NCBI RefSeq assembly: GCF_009914755.1
Contig: NC_060940.1
Origin: the human T2T-CHM13v2.0 reference genome, Homo sapiens
DNA length: 64,000 nt
Reading direction: 5' to 3' (one strand)
Below are positions 16,920 to 31,100 of the stretch, in pieces (the first letter of the stretch is position 1; each line of letters opens with the position of its first letter). The notes beneath the pieces are model-generated. The model was not told the origin of the DNA. It worked only from the letters and a program-made list of their open reading frames with translations, and did no database searches. Made by a program: the position numbers and the translations under genes.

Positions 16920-17090
16920 GGCCTGGGCTTAAATCCCAGCTCTGGCACTTACCAGCTGTGTGACCTGGGGCAAGTCGCCCTCCCTCTCTGTGCCTCGATT
17001 TGCCACCTGTAAAATGGAGGTGACAATAACACTTACACATAGAAAGGCATCGCAGAAATTAACTGAGTCACATCTGAGGTATTTAGAGGA
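16920..17090 (+). mobile_element. MIR SINE (hosts the 54-nt exon)
   Basis: cctgggcttaaatcccagctctggcacttaccagctgtgtgacctggggcaagtc...ctctctgtgcctc...cctgtaaaatgg..g.taac matches the MIR core. Confidence 0.85.
16953..17006 (-). CDS. GSG1L: Candidate alternative in-frame cassette exon (54 nt, MIR-derived) adding WQIEAQRGRATCPRSHSW
   Basis: Acceptor cctccattttacag|GTGGCA; donor CAGCTG|gtaagt. Length is a multiple of 3, phase 2-2 matches the flanking exons, and there is no stop codon. It lies within a MIR core. Confidence 0.7.
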
Positions 17091-18481
17091 GAGCCTTATA
17101 CAGGGCCACAGATAATAACGAGATTATCAGCCATGCTTCGAAATACCCTCGCCATCTCCATCCTAAGCTGGTCATGACCAAGCTCATGCTTCACTCTGGG
17201 GTCTGGTGAGGGCATTAGGAGCAGAAGGGACAGGAACTCACACACAAAAAGCCCTCCATGTGCCAGGCACTTGGCGCGGCATGTCACATGGGTTTTCAAA
17301 TTTGAGCCTCCCTGAGACACCAAGAGCTCTGGATTCTCCCATCCTGGGTCACAGGAAACAGGCTCAAAGGGGCTCAGCGCCTCACCCCAAATTACATAGC
17401 AGCAAAGAGATAGATTTGGAAAACTCACTCCAAACCCCTGCTCTTTCCACAGCACCCTCTGTCCCCCGTGGAGGAGAAGGAAACCTGGGCAGGTGGGGCC
17501 ATGGATCGCCCTCCCTTGAGTTCCTGGCTGCAGCTCCAAGGATGCTGGCCACTGTAAGATGTCAGCCCTGCATCTGAGCCATCCTGCAAACCTATGCAGA
17601 CATCTATGTGTTCTGAGCTCTTTGTAGGGAAAGCACAAAAAAAAAAAAAGAAAAAAGGAAAAGAAATAGAACAGCCTGGCTAAGCTGAAATGCTCTCCTC
17701 AGAGGGGAAGGGAAATAAAATTTGATGAACCTCTGCATAATGTTCAAGTTATGAATGTGTAAAGTGATATTCTGCACATATGCTGGGAAGAATTCATCTT
17801 GGGGCTGAGCTGTTAGGAGCCATTGGAACTGGGGCACCAGCAAACAGCAGCTTCTTGTTGATGGGGTACGGAGAGGTCTTGTCTTCTGCCTCAGCAAAAT
17901 GAGGTGTGTTTTACCCACAGATGCCCAAGGAGGTGAATCTCCGTAGCAGGGGTGGCAACTGACCGCAGTGCTAATGGGGCAGCTTTGGACATCTGGCTGC
18001 TTATGTGTCTATTGCAAACACTTGCTGAGTGCCCACTTCGGGCCCTGTGCCATGCTGGGCATTGCCACCATCCACAGCCTGGGACGAGATGAGCCGCATG
18101 CCAGGTTAGCCGGATCTTCCTGGCCACTGCTGCCTGGCCCGAGATTGAACACCTGACCTACACCGAGCAATCACATCCTCTCTCCTGGGGCTTTGGCATG
18201 GAAGTGCTGGGGCACTGAATCAGCGAGATGATGGTGGAGATGGAAATAAAAGAGCATGAGGGAGCCAGGGCTGAGGCCTCCAAAGACAAGAGTCTAGTCA
18301 ATCACCAGAAAACCCTGAATGAGCTCCTAGTAGGTGCCTGGCCCAATTCTAGGCTCCTGGTCCACAGTGGGAAACAAGACGGCATAGGTCTTCTATCCCA
18401 GAGCTCACAGTCTGCAAACTGGCAAACAAATAAAGAAAATCCTGGCAGGTTGTATCAGGTGCTACGAAAAAATAGAAATGG

Positions 18482-19145
18482 TGCCAGGCATAGTGGCTCA
18501 TGCCTGTAATCCCAGCATTTTGGGAGGCTGAGGTCAGAGGATTGCTTGCGGCTAGGAGTTTGAAGCCATCTGGGACAACCAATAGCAAGGCCCCCATCTT
18601 TACTAAAAATGAAAAAATTAGCCAGTCATGGTGGCACATGTTACTTGGGAGGCCAAGGAGGGAGGACCACTTAAGCCCAGGAGGTCGAGGCTGCAGTGAG
18701 CTGTGCTTGTGTCACTGTACTCAGTCTGGGTGACTGATATGGTTTAGCTGTGTCCACCCAAATCTCATCTTGAATTGGAGTTCCCATAATCCTCATCTGT
18801 CATTGGAGGGATCCAGTGGGAGGTAATTGAATCATGGGGACAGTACCCCTAATAATGTCCTCATGATAGGGAGTTCTCATGAGATCTAACGGCTTTATAA
18901 GGGGCTTTTCTCCACTTTGCTCGGCATTTCTCCTTGCTGCCGCCATGTGAAGAAGGACGTGTTTGCTTCCCCTTCTGCCATACTTCTAAGTTTCCTGAGG
19001 CCTCCCCAGCCCTTCTGAACTGTGAGTCAATTAAACCTCTTTCTTTGATAAATTACCCAGTCTCAGTTGTGTCTTTATTAGCAGCATGAGAACCGACTAA
19101 TACAGCAACAGAGTGAGACCCTGTCTCCAAAACATAAAAAATAGC
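18482..19145 (+). mobile_element. AluJ-like element interrupted by a MaLR LTR
   Basis: The Alu runs 18482-18734 and resumes at 19105 with gcaacagagtgagaccctgtctc plus an A-rich tail. Confidence 0.8.
18735..19104 (+). mobile_element. THE1-like MaLR solo LTR
   Basis: tgatatggtttagctgtgtcc...gtttcctgaggcctccccagcc...aattaaacctctt...gactaataca. Confidence 0.88.
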
Positions 19146-19559
19146 AATGGGTTAGAGTGTCTAGGATAAGGTTGTGGGGAGTGTGTGTTTAGACCCAGTG
19201 ATTAGGAGAGGCCTCACGGAAGCATCCCGTGGCACAGTAAGTAGAAAGGTCCCAAGGTGGGGACGCACTTGGAGTGCCTGAGGGATGGAAAGGAGGCTGA
19301 TGTGGCTGGGGAAAGACACAGTGGCAGGCTGAGAGAGGGGCCTGTTACAGTCAGGGTACCTGTGTGGGTCTCCTCACCCCATGCGCTGCCATGCTTCTCT
19401 TCTGACTGAAACCCTCCCAAGGGCCCCACAGACAGTCCAGCTCCTCATTGCTGCCCCACCCTGCAGCCTCCTGTCCCCTTCCTCGTCCTCGTCCTCTGCT
19501 GAGCCCTGAGGATGTGCAGTGATGCCTTCCTGCCACTGAAAGGTGTTAATGCCCATCTC

Positions 19560-19990
19560 CTTCAGCTCCCCCAGAAGTAGGCCCTGTGATAAGGATTTGG
19601 GTAAAGGTAGTTTTCTTGAGGGGAGGCGGTCCCAGGAACTATGGGTAGGGAAGAAGGGAAGTGCGACAGGGAAGGGACGGAGCCAGCAGAGGATGTGATA
19701 AAGGCTGATCCCTGCTAAGGGCACCTGGAGACCAGTCCCATGGCAGAGCGTGCCCCAGGCCGTTTTGCACCCAAGGGTGGGAAGGTGGGTCTTCATCCAC
19801 CAACACCCACCAACTCCTGACAGTATCAGTCTCCTGGGCATTCCAGTAAGCCCCACGTGTTGGGCAAAGCAGATTCTGGGGTCAAAGAGGGTCCTCAAGG
19901 CTGAGAGTCACATGGACTTGTGAGAAGCCCCCAGCCTGTTCATGAACTGTGAGTACTGAGCAGATCTGTCCAGGGCATAACAGCACCTGC
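19560..19990. mobile_element. ERVL LTR fragment (LTR16-like)
   Basis: ccccagaagtaggccctgtgataaggatttggg...gggaggcggtcccaggaa resembles an LTR16-type terminus. Confidence 0.45.
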
Positions 19991-20869
19991 ATGGGCTCAA
20001 GCAGCTGCCTGAGTTAAATCCTGGGGCTGCCTCTTGAATCTGGGTGGCCTGATCCTGAGGCACTGCCAGCTCTGATTTTCTTCATTCTAGGAAAGAGCCA
20101 CGCAGACCTGGGGCCCAACTCCCCTTCCATCACTGTGCAACCTTACATAAGTGTCTTAACTTCTCTGAGCCTCAGTTTTCCTCATCTGTAAAATGGAGCT
20201 AACAGTCCTAACTGCATAGTGAAGTCTTAAGGTTGAAATGAAATTCCTGGGCACAGGGCCTGGCACATAACTTGTGCTCCATAAATGGCAGTTATGATGG
20301 TTGACTCTGACCTAGGGCTGCTGTTCTATATCCCCTCTCTCAAGAGGAGAGACTGGGAGCATAGGGACCCCAGGCCAGATCGGCCATTCGTGGGTACCTC
20401 TAGGTGCTGCTACTGATTGGGATAGGCCTGGGAGGCAGACAGAGCTCAGAGAGAGTAACAGCCTGTGATTGTGCAAGCCCTGCCACAAACATAGGCACAG
20501 CAGCTCTAAGGATGTAGGCTGAGTTAAAGAGGGCAGCAGACCCTGACAGCCCAGAAGAGACTGGAGCAGCTAGCAGGGTGTAGGTTGGCACTAGGTTGGA
20601 GAGTGGTAGTGGTAGCTGGCCCATAAGAGCAGTTCTGGGTGGAGCCAGGAGAGCAGTACAGAGTGAGGTGGATACAGCAGAAACAATGAACTCATCCCCT
20701 GGAGGAAAAGCTCAGAAATTTCTGGTTTCAGGCTGCTGATGCTCTCTCTGAGTGGCTTCATCAGAAGAAGGTGTCTGGGAGGAGTTCTGCCTAAGGATAT
20801 CTCCAGCTTCTAAACTCCTGAAATTCATCCAGCCAGCCTTCTGCCTGTCTGTCCTTCCACTCATACCTA

Positions 20870-21333
20870 CTCATCTATACCTCTGCCTACTTACTTATCA
20901 ATCCATTCATCCAACCATTCATCCATCTACCCATCCACCCACTCACCATTCCATCCATCCATCCATCCATCCATCCATCCCTTCACCTACCCATCCACCA
21001 ACACACCTATCCATCCATCCATCCACCTACCCGTCTGTCCACTTGTCCATCCGTCCACCTACCTATCCACCCTATCCACCCAATCATCCATCCATCCATC
21101 CATCCATCCATCCATCCATCACCTACCCATCCACTCACTCACCTATTGATCCATCCATTCATCCAGCCATCCATCTACCTACCCATCCACCCGCTCACCT
21201 GTCCAGCCATCTGTCTATCCATCTACCCATCCACTCACTCTCCTATTGATCCATCCATTCATCCAGCCATCCATCTACCTACCCATCCACCCGCTCACCT
21301 GTCCAGCCATCTGTCTATCCATCTACCCACCCA
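20870..21333. repeat. (CCAT)n-derived simple repeat with an internal 100-bp tandem duplication
   Basis: CCAT/CCAC arrays; cctattgat at 21142 and 21242 marks two near-identical 100-bp copies. Confidence 0.9.
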
Positions 21334-21724
21334 CTGTTTATTGTCACCTCCTCTAATCCCAGCTGGACCCTGAAGACTTGGGTGATTACATGTAGTTCCC
21401 AACATTGAGAAGCCATCCTCCTCCTGCAGCCATCACCAATCCCACAGCTGGGTCCTCTTTTCACTCAATGCCATGACAGAGCCCAAGAAGGAAACCTTGG
21501 TTCGGCTTCTTTATCTCTTTATCATGGTTCCAAGAAGCATAGGACCTAATGGTAAATGCTCAAACTTGGTTCCCTTCTGGGTTTCTAGTGCTTTGATCAC
21601 ATAAGCCCAAGGCAACCTCATGACCTATAAAACATTAAAATATCCCAGAAATTCTGACATAGTGGCGTCCAAACTCTGCCTTCTTCTGCCTCCCCCCTCC
21701 ATAACCCCTCTGTCATACCATTCA

Positions 21725-21997
<273 letters not shown>

Positions 21998-22595
21998 TCA
22001 GGAGAGAGATGCCATCGTGAGGGTGGGCAAGGGACAGGAAAAATCCCACACCCACCAAACATTCATTCATCCCTGCATGGCTGCCTTTTCCTCTGGTACT
22101 TAAGCAGTTACTGCCACAGAGAAGGATAAGACTTGGTCCCTGCCCCACTCGCAGTCTGGGAGACAGAGAATTATCTGCACATTGTGATGCAGATGTAACA
22201 GAGTTCATTATGGGGAGGCAAGAAGAGAGTGAATCATTCTGTCCAAGGGGGCTGGCATCAAGGAAAGTTACCCAAAATACAGCGACACTTATGTTCAGTC
22301 TGGTAAGGAGAGTGAGAGTTGGCCGGGGGAAAGGGCATTCCAGGAGAAGGAATAGTGTGTACAAAGGCATGGAGGCATCAAACAGCAGGGAATGTTCTAC
22401 AAACTGTGGGAGGTTTGGGGAGCAGAAGTGAGGATGCATGAGAAGATTAGCTGGAGTTGGTGATGGGGAAGGAGATGGGGGCAGACACCCTAAAAGCTCA
22501 TTTTTTATGAAAGTTAAGTTACCTTTGTTCATGTATGACCCTGGGAAAGATGCCAACCCTTTCTGTTTCACATTCCTCATGACTATTTGTTTTAA

Positions 22596-22781
<186 letters not shown>

Positions 22782-25184
22782 TAGGGTTGTTACAAGGATT
22801 AAAGGAGATGATCCACTGAAACCATCTTAGAATAGTGTCTGGCACATAGTAGGCACTCAAGAAAGTCTTGCTGTCATTATTATCATTAATATTAACATCC
22901 TCATTACCCACTTCCATATGACTTGGTTTGTAAACTCTCCCCCTGAGAGATGAGGTTATAATGAATGACCTGCTTGGCTTTCTCCTCCACAACTTTCTGT
23001 ACAGCTGGGACTCTTGGCAGCCCTCACTTGATGTACATGCTGAGCCCAGCCCAAACCTGGAGAATTTGTCCTATCCACACTTGGAAAGGTAGGAAGGGTG
23101 GGGTAGAGCGAGGAGACTCAGCTGATCCAGTTCCAGCCTAGAAATGGCCTGCCTGTTTCCTCTGATCAAGACTATGCATTCAACGTTTAGTACCAGGAGT
23201 GGGGTACCTGCCTGGCCTCAGTTACCTCTGGCCTGGCTCCTGGATCCCTGTTCTTCAGTCTCTGCCTTGGTAACTGGTTTCCTCCAAATCAGGGACTCAG
23301 TTTTGCTGTTCCAACCCTGCATTGCCTGGGAGCTCCAGGCCTCCCCTGCTGCCAGCCCACCCAGCTGGTTTCTAAACATCATCACCACCCCTGCATTCCC
23401 CATGGTCAATGAAGCCCACTGCCTGCACCCACTGCTTTTCCCCTTGACAGCCCCTGAGCACCCCAGAAGGAAAGCAAGGAAAAAATCTGAGGACTCTGCC
23501 TTTCTCAAAGGGATCCTCAAAAGGACCATCTATTTCCCTTAACACCAAACCCATTGATAGAGTTCCCATTTCTTTCATGATAAGGAGCTGATGTAGATCT
23601 TCCAGAAGCCCTGACTGTCTGTAATAGACAGTTTTAGGATATCAGCCCGGCCCCTCTAAGAGCTTCCCTGTCCACCAAAGTGTCCAGCATGTGACTCACC
23701 ACCCCCCACCATTCATAGATGACGGGACAAGGGCTGACCATCTGGCGAAAGCTGGTCCAATCAGATACTCTCTCCTGAGCAACAAAGCTGAAGATTCTAC
23801 TTCAACCTGGGATGTCTCTTTATACTAGCATGATGGAAACTCAGAACCCGAGGATAGAGAATGAACAAGTAGGCTTTTTCTGGATTCCATGAGTAAGGAG
23901 TATGTTGGTTTTGCCTGCTCAGTAGCCATTCTTCCTTTTGGTAACCACACTCCAATTCTGTTAAGGGATCACTCCCTTCTTCTCAGGCCATTTGTTTTGT
24001 GTGGGGCTGGCCCCAACCCCAACATCCATGTGAGCACATGACCTCGGCTTGGCTAATGAAAATGCTGCTTTTCTCTGGCAACAGTAATTGGTTGGGGGGT
24101 GGGCACATGACCCAAGTCAGGTTCATGAGACTCAACTCCTGGACTTGGCTGAAGCTACTGGGAAACAAAGCTCATCTTTCTTCTGTGGTGCTAAGCTGGT
24201 GGGATTTGAGCCAGGAGTTGCTGGGGACCCTCTTGCCACCACCCAGCCTGAGAATGAAATTGACCCAAAAGAAAGCAGAGCCATGAAAAGGGGCTGGATC
24301 CCTGAGCTGAAGCCATTATCCCTGAACTTTTCAATCATGGAAGTCTCAGTTTCTTTTTATTTTTTTTCCTTGATTTTTTTCTACCCTGAAGCCAGTTTGA
24401 ATTGAGTTTTGGTCATTGGGAACCAAAGTTATTATATGTTTACTTGCTATAAATTCTCCTTTTTTGCATGAGTTAGTTTTGACGTGAATTTCTAGTCTTT
24501 ATAGCCAAGGATCTTAAGGGTGACCAAGTCTGACTCAACCCTGATGGCCCAGTCAGGGGACAGAGCAGGGGATTCTCAAACTAAAGGCCTGAGCAAAGAA
24601 AAATACCTTGCATGAGTGGTGGAGTCCAGTAACTGAGTGTGTGGAGGGAACTTCCCTGGGGAGAGAGGGGGTTTGCTAGAGCCCAAGGGCCCCAGAAACA
24701 GATGCTATGCGGTGGAGCAGAGCCAGACAGGCAATGGCTGGACAGGCACAAAGTCAGACTGTGCTAGAAGAAAAGCCTACATCCCCGCCTTTCCATGTAC
24801 TTTACATGCAAGATCTTTTTTCAAATAACATGTCACCCTGAGCTTGATTTCTCAGGCTCTCCACATCCCAGCCCTACGGTCTCTTTTCCACTCCTCAAAA
24901 AACTCAAAGCTCATTCCCAAACCTACCTCCCCCATTGCCTTCCCTCCCTGTGGAATCCCTGGACTCGCTGCTTTCCAAGCTTTACCCAGGCTTTTTGCCC
25001 AGCTGGTCCCTTCTCACCTGTGAATGTCACCCCTTCCTCAGTGGGCATTTTCTGTCTACCATCTCTAAGAAGCCCCCTCTCCATCATTCTGTATCACATG
25101 CCCCTGTTTAGTTTCATCTCAGCCCTTATCACACCCTGTGATTCTTTTTATCTTTTTTCCTTTCATTTATTTACTCTTGTTTTT

Positions 25185-28100
25185 CAATTAAATTTTTCCT
25201 TTTGAGATAATTACAGATTCACAAACAGCTGTAAGAAATGATATAGAGAGAGAACCCATGTGCCCTTTAGCCAGTTTCCCCCAATGGTAAACTCTTGCAA
25301 AACTAGTGTAATACAATATTACAATATCACAAGCAGGATATTGACATTGATACAGTCAAACTACAGACCAAGGATCTCTTCTGTGCCATTTATAGCTACA
25401 GCCACTTCCCTCCTGACCTCCCACAAATCCTGAAAGCCACCTGTTCTTCATTTCAATAATTTTACCTCTTCAAGTATTTTACATAAATAAAATCATACAG
25501 GAGTATGTATGGGATTGGCTTTTCTTCACCCAACATAATTATCTGGAGCATCATCCAAGTTGTTATGTGCATCAGTAGTTTGTTCCTTTATATTGCTAAG
25601 TACAGTATTCCTGCCAGCAATGTATGAGTTTCTTCACATCCTCACCAGAATTTGGTGGTGTCACTATTTTTTATTTTAGCTATTCTGATAAACGCGTAAT
25701 AATATCTCATTGTGGCTTTAATTTGCACTTCCGTAACAGCTAATGAGGTTGAACAACTTTTCATTTGTTTATTTGCTATCTGTGTATCCTCTTTGGCAAA
25801 ATGTCTATTGGTGTTTTTTGCCCACTTTCTAATTGGATTGTTTTGTTGTTGTTTACTGTTGGGGTTTTAGAGGTCTTTGTATATCCTAGAGATTAGTTCT
25901 TTGTCAGAAATGTGGTTTACAAATATATTCTCTCAGTCTATAGCTTTCTCATCAATCTCTTAATAGGGTCTCTTGTGGAACAAATGTATTTAGTTTTGAT
26001 GAATTACATTAATCCATTTTTCCTTTTATGTGTTTGATATCAAATATAAGAACTTTTTGCCTAGCCCTAGATTCCAAAGATTTTCTCTTACTTTTCTAAA
26101 AGTTTTACAGTTTTACATTTTATACTTAAATCTGTGATCCATTTTAAATTAATTTTTGCAAGTGGTGTGCAGTTTAAAGTAAGGCTGATTGTTTATTTTT
26201 GCCAGTGAATGTCCAATAGCTCCAGCACCATTTGTTGAAAAGGCCATTCCCTGCCTGCCCCACCCCTGCCACTACCACACACCCACACACAGTGAACTGA
26301 TTTGTACCTTTGTCAAAAATTAGTTGGGCATATCTGTATTGGTCTATTTCTGAGTTCTCTATTTTTTTTTTCATTGATCTATGTGCCTATCCTTCCACTA
26401 ATATCACACAGTCTGGAGTATTGTAGCTATACAATAAGTTTTCAAATTGAGTACTCTAATTCATCCTGCCTTATTCTTCTTTTTCAAAATTGTTTTAGAA
26501 ATTCTAATTCCTTTGCCTTCCCATATAAATTTTAGAATACTTTTCTCTATATTTATAAGAAATTTGATGTCTTCTCTATATACTGAGTGTTCTGATCCAT
26601 GAACATAGTATATCTACCCATTTATTTAGATCTTCCTTGATTTCTTTCATTGGTATTATTCTGTGGTTTACAGTTTTCAGCGTACAAGTCCTGTAAGTGT
26701 TTTGTTAGATTTATGTCTATTTCACTTTTTTAGTATAAATGATATATATTTTTAATTTTGTTGTCCGAATGTTCATTGCTAGTTTATAAAAATACAATTG
26801 ATTTTGTATTTTTATCTTCTATCCTAAGACAACACTAAACTTATTTATTAGGTCTAGGCAATTTTTTTGGTAGATTCCTTGAATTTGTCTACACAGATAA
26901 TCATAACATCCACAAATAGTTATATTTTATTTCTATTACAATCTGTATACTTTTTATTTTCTTTTCATGTCTTATGTATTGCATGTCTTTTATGTCTTAT
27001 TTTTAGTTAGAACTTCCAGCACTATGTTGAATAATAATGGTGTTCTCAATCTTAGAAAGAAAACAGTCTTTCAACATTAAGTATAATGTTAGCTGTAGAT
27101 GTTTTATAGATGGTCTTTATCAAGTTGAGGAAGTTCCCCTTTATTCTGAATTTTCTGAGAGTTTTTTAAAAAGTATGAATCAATGTTGAATTGTGTCAAA
27201 TGCTTTTTCTGTATCAATTAATATGGTCATGTGATTTTTTTATTCTTTAGCCTGTTAATATGGTGAATGACACTGACTGATTTTTCAAATATTGAAGCAG
27301 CCATAATCCCTAGAATAAGCCCCACTTATCATGACGTATAATTATTTTTATATATTGCTGACTTCTATGTGCTATTGTTTTGCTAAGGATTTTTGCATCT
27401 ATATTCATGGTGTCTATTAGTCTGCGGTTCTTTGCACTATCTTTGGTTTTAATAACGGTAATGTTAGCTTCATAAAGTGAATTGCAAAGTTTTCTCTCCT
27501 CTTCTATTTTCTGAAAAAAAAAAAAGTGCTAATTCTTATTTAAATATTTGGTGGAATGTTCCAGTAAAACCATCTGGACCTGGAGATTTCTGTTTTGAAA
27601 GTTTTTATTTATAAACTAAATTTCCTTAGTAGTTATAGGGATATTCAAATTACTTATTTCGCATTTGGTAAATTGTGGCAGTTTGTGCTGTTAGAAAAAC
27701 TGATCTATTTCATCCAGGCTGTCAAAGTTATGTGTGTAGAGTTGTTTGTAGTATGATCTTACTGTATTTTTGATGTCCTCAAAGTCTGCAGCAACATCCT
27801 CTGTTTCATTCCTGAATTGGCATTTTGTGTCTCTCCTCTGTCCGCTCTCTCTGTCACTCTTGCAAGAGGTTTGTCAATTTTATCTTGTCAAAGAACCAGC
27901 TTTTTTGTTTCATTGATTCTATTATTTTTTGTTTTCAATTGTATTGATTTTTGCTCATCTTTCTTCTGCTGGCTTTGGGCTTATTTTGCCCTTCTTTTTC
28001 TAGGTTCTTGGGATGAGAGCTGATTTGATTTGAAACATTTCTCAATTAGATCCTATTGGTTGATGATGTTGAGTTCTTTTATATCCTTGGTGATTTTCCA

Positions 28101-31100
28101 TTTGGTTGTTCTATTAATTGTTGAGAAAGCCATATTGAAATCTCTAATTATAGTTATGAATTTTCCTATTTCTCCTTTCAGCTACATCAATTTTTCCTTT
28201 ACAGATTTTCAGCTCTGATGTTTGGTGGATACATATTTAGGATTGCAATGTCTTCTTAGTGGATTGACTCTTTTATCACTATTTAATGTCTATTTCTGGT
28301 TATTTTATTTGCCTGAGTCTACTTTATCTAATATTAATATAGCTAATCCTGCTTTCTTTTGATTAATGCTTACATGATAGATGATTTTCATCCTTTTACT
28401 TCCAGCCTATCTATCTCCTCATACTTGAAGTGAGTTTCTTGTAGACAGCACATAGTTTTGGGTCATATGTTTTAAATCCACTCGGCCAATTTCTGACTTT
28501 TAATTGGTGTATTTAAACCATTTACATTTAAAGTGATTATTGATATGTTATGGCTTAGGCCTGCCACCTAATTTTGTTCTTTCCTGCTTGTTCCTCTGTT
28601 TTTTGTTTCTCTTTTTTTTTTTCTTGTGTTCCCTTGGATTTCTCAAACAGTTCTTAGAATTCCATTTTGATTTATCTATAGTTATTTTGAGGGTATCTCT
28701 GTATATAGCTTTTTTAGGGGTTGCTCTGGGTCTTACATTATATATACATAACTAATCACAGTCTACTGGTGTCAACATTTGAGTAAAGCATAGAAATCTT
28801 GGCTCCCTTTGTGACCCTTTACTTTCCTTCATTTATAATATAATTGTCTTAAATATTTCCACTGTATACATTTAGAATCACATCAGACTATATCATGATT
28901 TCTGCTTCAACCATCAAACATAATTTAGAAAACTCAAAAGGAGAAGTAAAGTTTCTCTGTCCATTTTTCATTCATTCTTTCTTATATTCAAAACCCCTTT
29001 TTAAAATTTCCATTTTGTTTAGAGAGCTCCCTTTAGCCTTTCTTTTAGGGTAGGTCTGCTGGCAACAAATGTTCTTAGTTTTTCTTCATCTGAGGATGTC
29101 GTGATTTCCCCTTCATTTCTAAAGTATATTTTTGCCACGTATAGAATTTTAAATTGATAGTTCTTTTCTTTCAGCATTTTCATTTTCTTTTTCTTTCAAA
29201 ATGTTGTGCCACTTCCTTCTAGCCTCCATGGTTTCTGATGCAAAATCCACTGTTGCTTGAATTTTTTCCCCTGTAGTTAGGGAGGATGTTATTTTCTCAC
29301 TGTTTTCATTTTTTTTTTTAACTTTAGTTTTTTTTCAAGTTTGACTGTGATGTGTCTTGGTATGGATTTCTTTGAATTTATACTATTTTAGAGATTCATT
29401 CAGCTTTTGATTCTGAAGGTTTATGTCTTTTACAGGATTTGGGAAGTTTTCAGCCATTATTTCTTTCAGTACTTGGTCCAGTCCCATCCTCTTCCTCCTT
29501 TTCTTCTGGGACTCCAGTGTTATATTTTTGGTTGTAGTTCTAGAGGTCCTTAAGGCTCTGTACATTTTTTTAAGTTTATTTTCTCTCTGTTGTTCAAATT
29601 AAATAATTTCTATTGTCCTATCTTCAAGTTCATTGATTCTTTCCTTTGTCCCTTCCATTCTGCTGTTGAGCCCAACCATTGAGCTTTCTATTTTGGTTAT
29701 TGAATTTTTTAGTTTTAAAATTGCCATTTGGTCCTTCTTTCTATCTTCTACTTCTTTCCTGAGACTTTCTATTTTTCCAAGGGTGTTTGCAACTGCTTGT
29801 TGAAGCATTTTTATGATGATTTTTAACATTTCTGTCATTTCAGCATGGATCTATTGATTGTCTTTTTTTGTTCAAGTTGAGATCTTGCTGGTTCTTGGCA
29901 TGGTATGTGATTTTAATTGCAACCTTGACATTTGGAGTATGTTTTGAGACTCTGGATCTTGTTTAAACTGTCTGCTCTAGTTGGCTTCCTTTCACATCAT
30001 TCTGGCAAGGTGGCTTTGGCGAGGTGGAGGCTCTGCCCAGTTACTTCCAGGTAGGGGTAGAAGTCTAGGTTTCCCACTGGGCGAGTGTATTAGTCTGTGT
30101 AATTTATAAAGGGAAGAGGTTTAACTGACTCAGTTCAGCATGGCTTAGGAGGCCTCAGGAAACTTATAATCATGGCAGAAGGTGAAGAGGAAGCAGGCAC
30201 TTTCTTCACAAGGCCACACAGGAAGGAGGAGTGCCGAGTAAAGGTGGAAGAGCCCCTTATAAAACCAGCACATCTCATGAGAACTCACTATCACAAGAAC
30301 AGCATGGGGAAACCACCCCTATGATCAAATTACCTCCACCTGGTCTCTCCCTTGACACGTGGGGATTATGGGGATTACAATTCAAGGTGAGATTTGTACA
30401 AGCCTAACCATATCAGCCACCATTGACATTCAAGATGGAGATGGTTCCTGGTTCTTACCAGGTGAGGGTGGGGGTGGGAGTTCTGACTCCCCATTAGGCC
30501 TCTGCTGATACCTGGCTGGGAGGGGCCAGGGGGCCTCATCCCTGCTCCCCACACATCACTGACACCATGGGGAGGGAGATGTTCTTATTACTACAAGGCA
30601 GTGGCAAAAATCCTGACTCTCCACTAGTTCTCCTCTGACACAATCCCTGCAGGGAGAAAGGGGCACCTTGTTACTGCCCAGCAGAGATGAAAGTCCACCT
30701 GGTGATTGTCACCAAAATCTAACCACTCATTCCCTTCCTGGCATGGGTGTGGGTGAAGCCACAGATTTTTCTTTTCTGTAATGTGTGACTGGAGTAGTGA
30801 AGTTATTGCTAAATGTTTTCTGTCTCAGTGGGCTGACCCTTTCTTGGTCCTTTGGCTAGAGAAAGCGGACTTTAGTTGGGCCTTTTTTTTTTTTTCTGTC
30901 CTTTAGGCATTTCTGAATTGCTGACTTCTTCAGCTCCAAATCTGGGATATGTAACACAAAAAGAACTCAGCAATGTGTCGTTTCTTGGTACCTAACCAGC
31001 CTACTGTCTTCTTCCTGCCTTTCAGAGTCTTCTGATGTCTGTTTTATCTTTAGGTCCAAGGATTGTGGTTGTATTGAAGAAGCATGTCTACTCTGTCTTC

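Noticed and set aside
20752-21373. His/Pro-rich ORFs and an apparent NOVA YCAY cluster
   Set aside because: The ORFs come from (CCAT)n. The YCAY motifs are on the + strand, whereas the GSG1L pre-mRNA reads (GGAU)n.
29383-29838. Coiled-coil ORFs
   Set aside because: Broken L1 ORF1p remnants.
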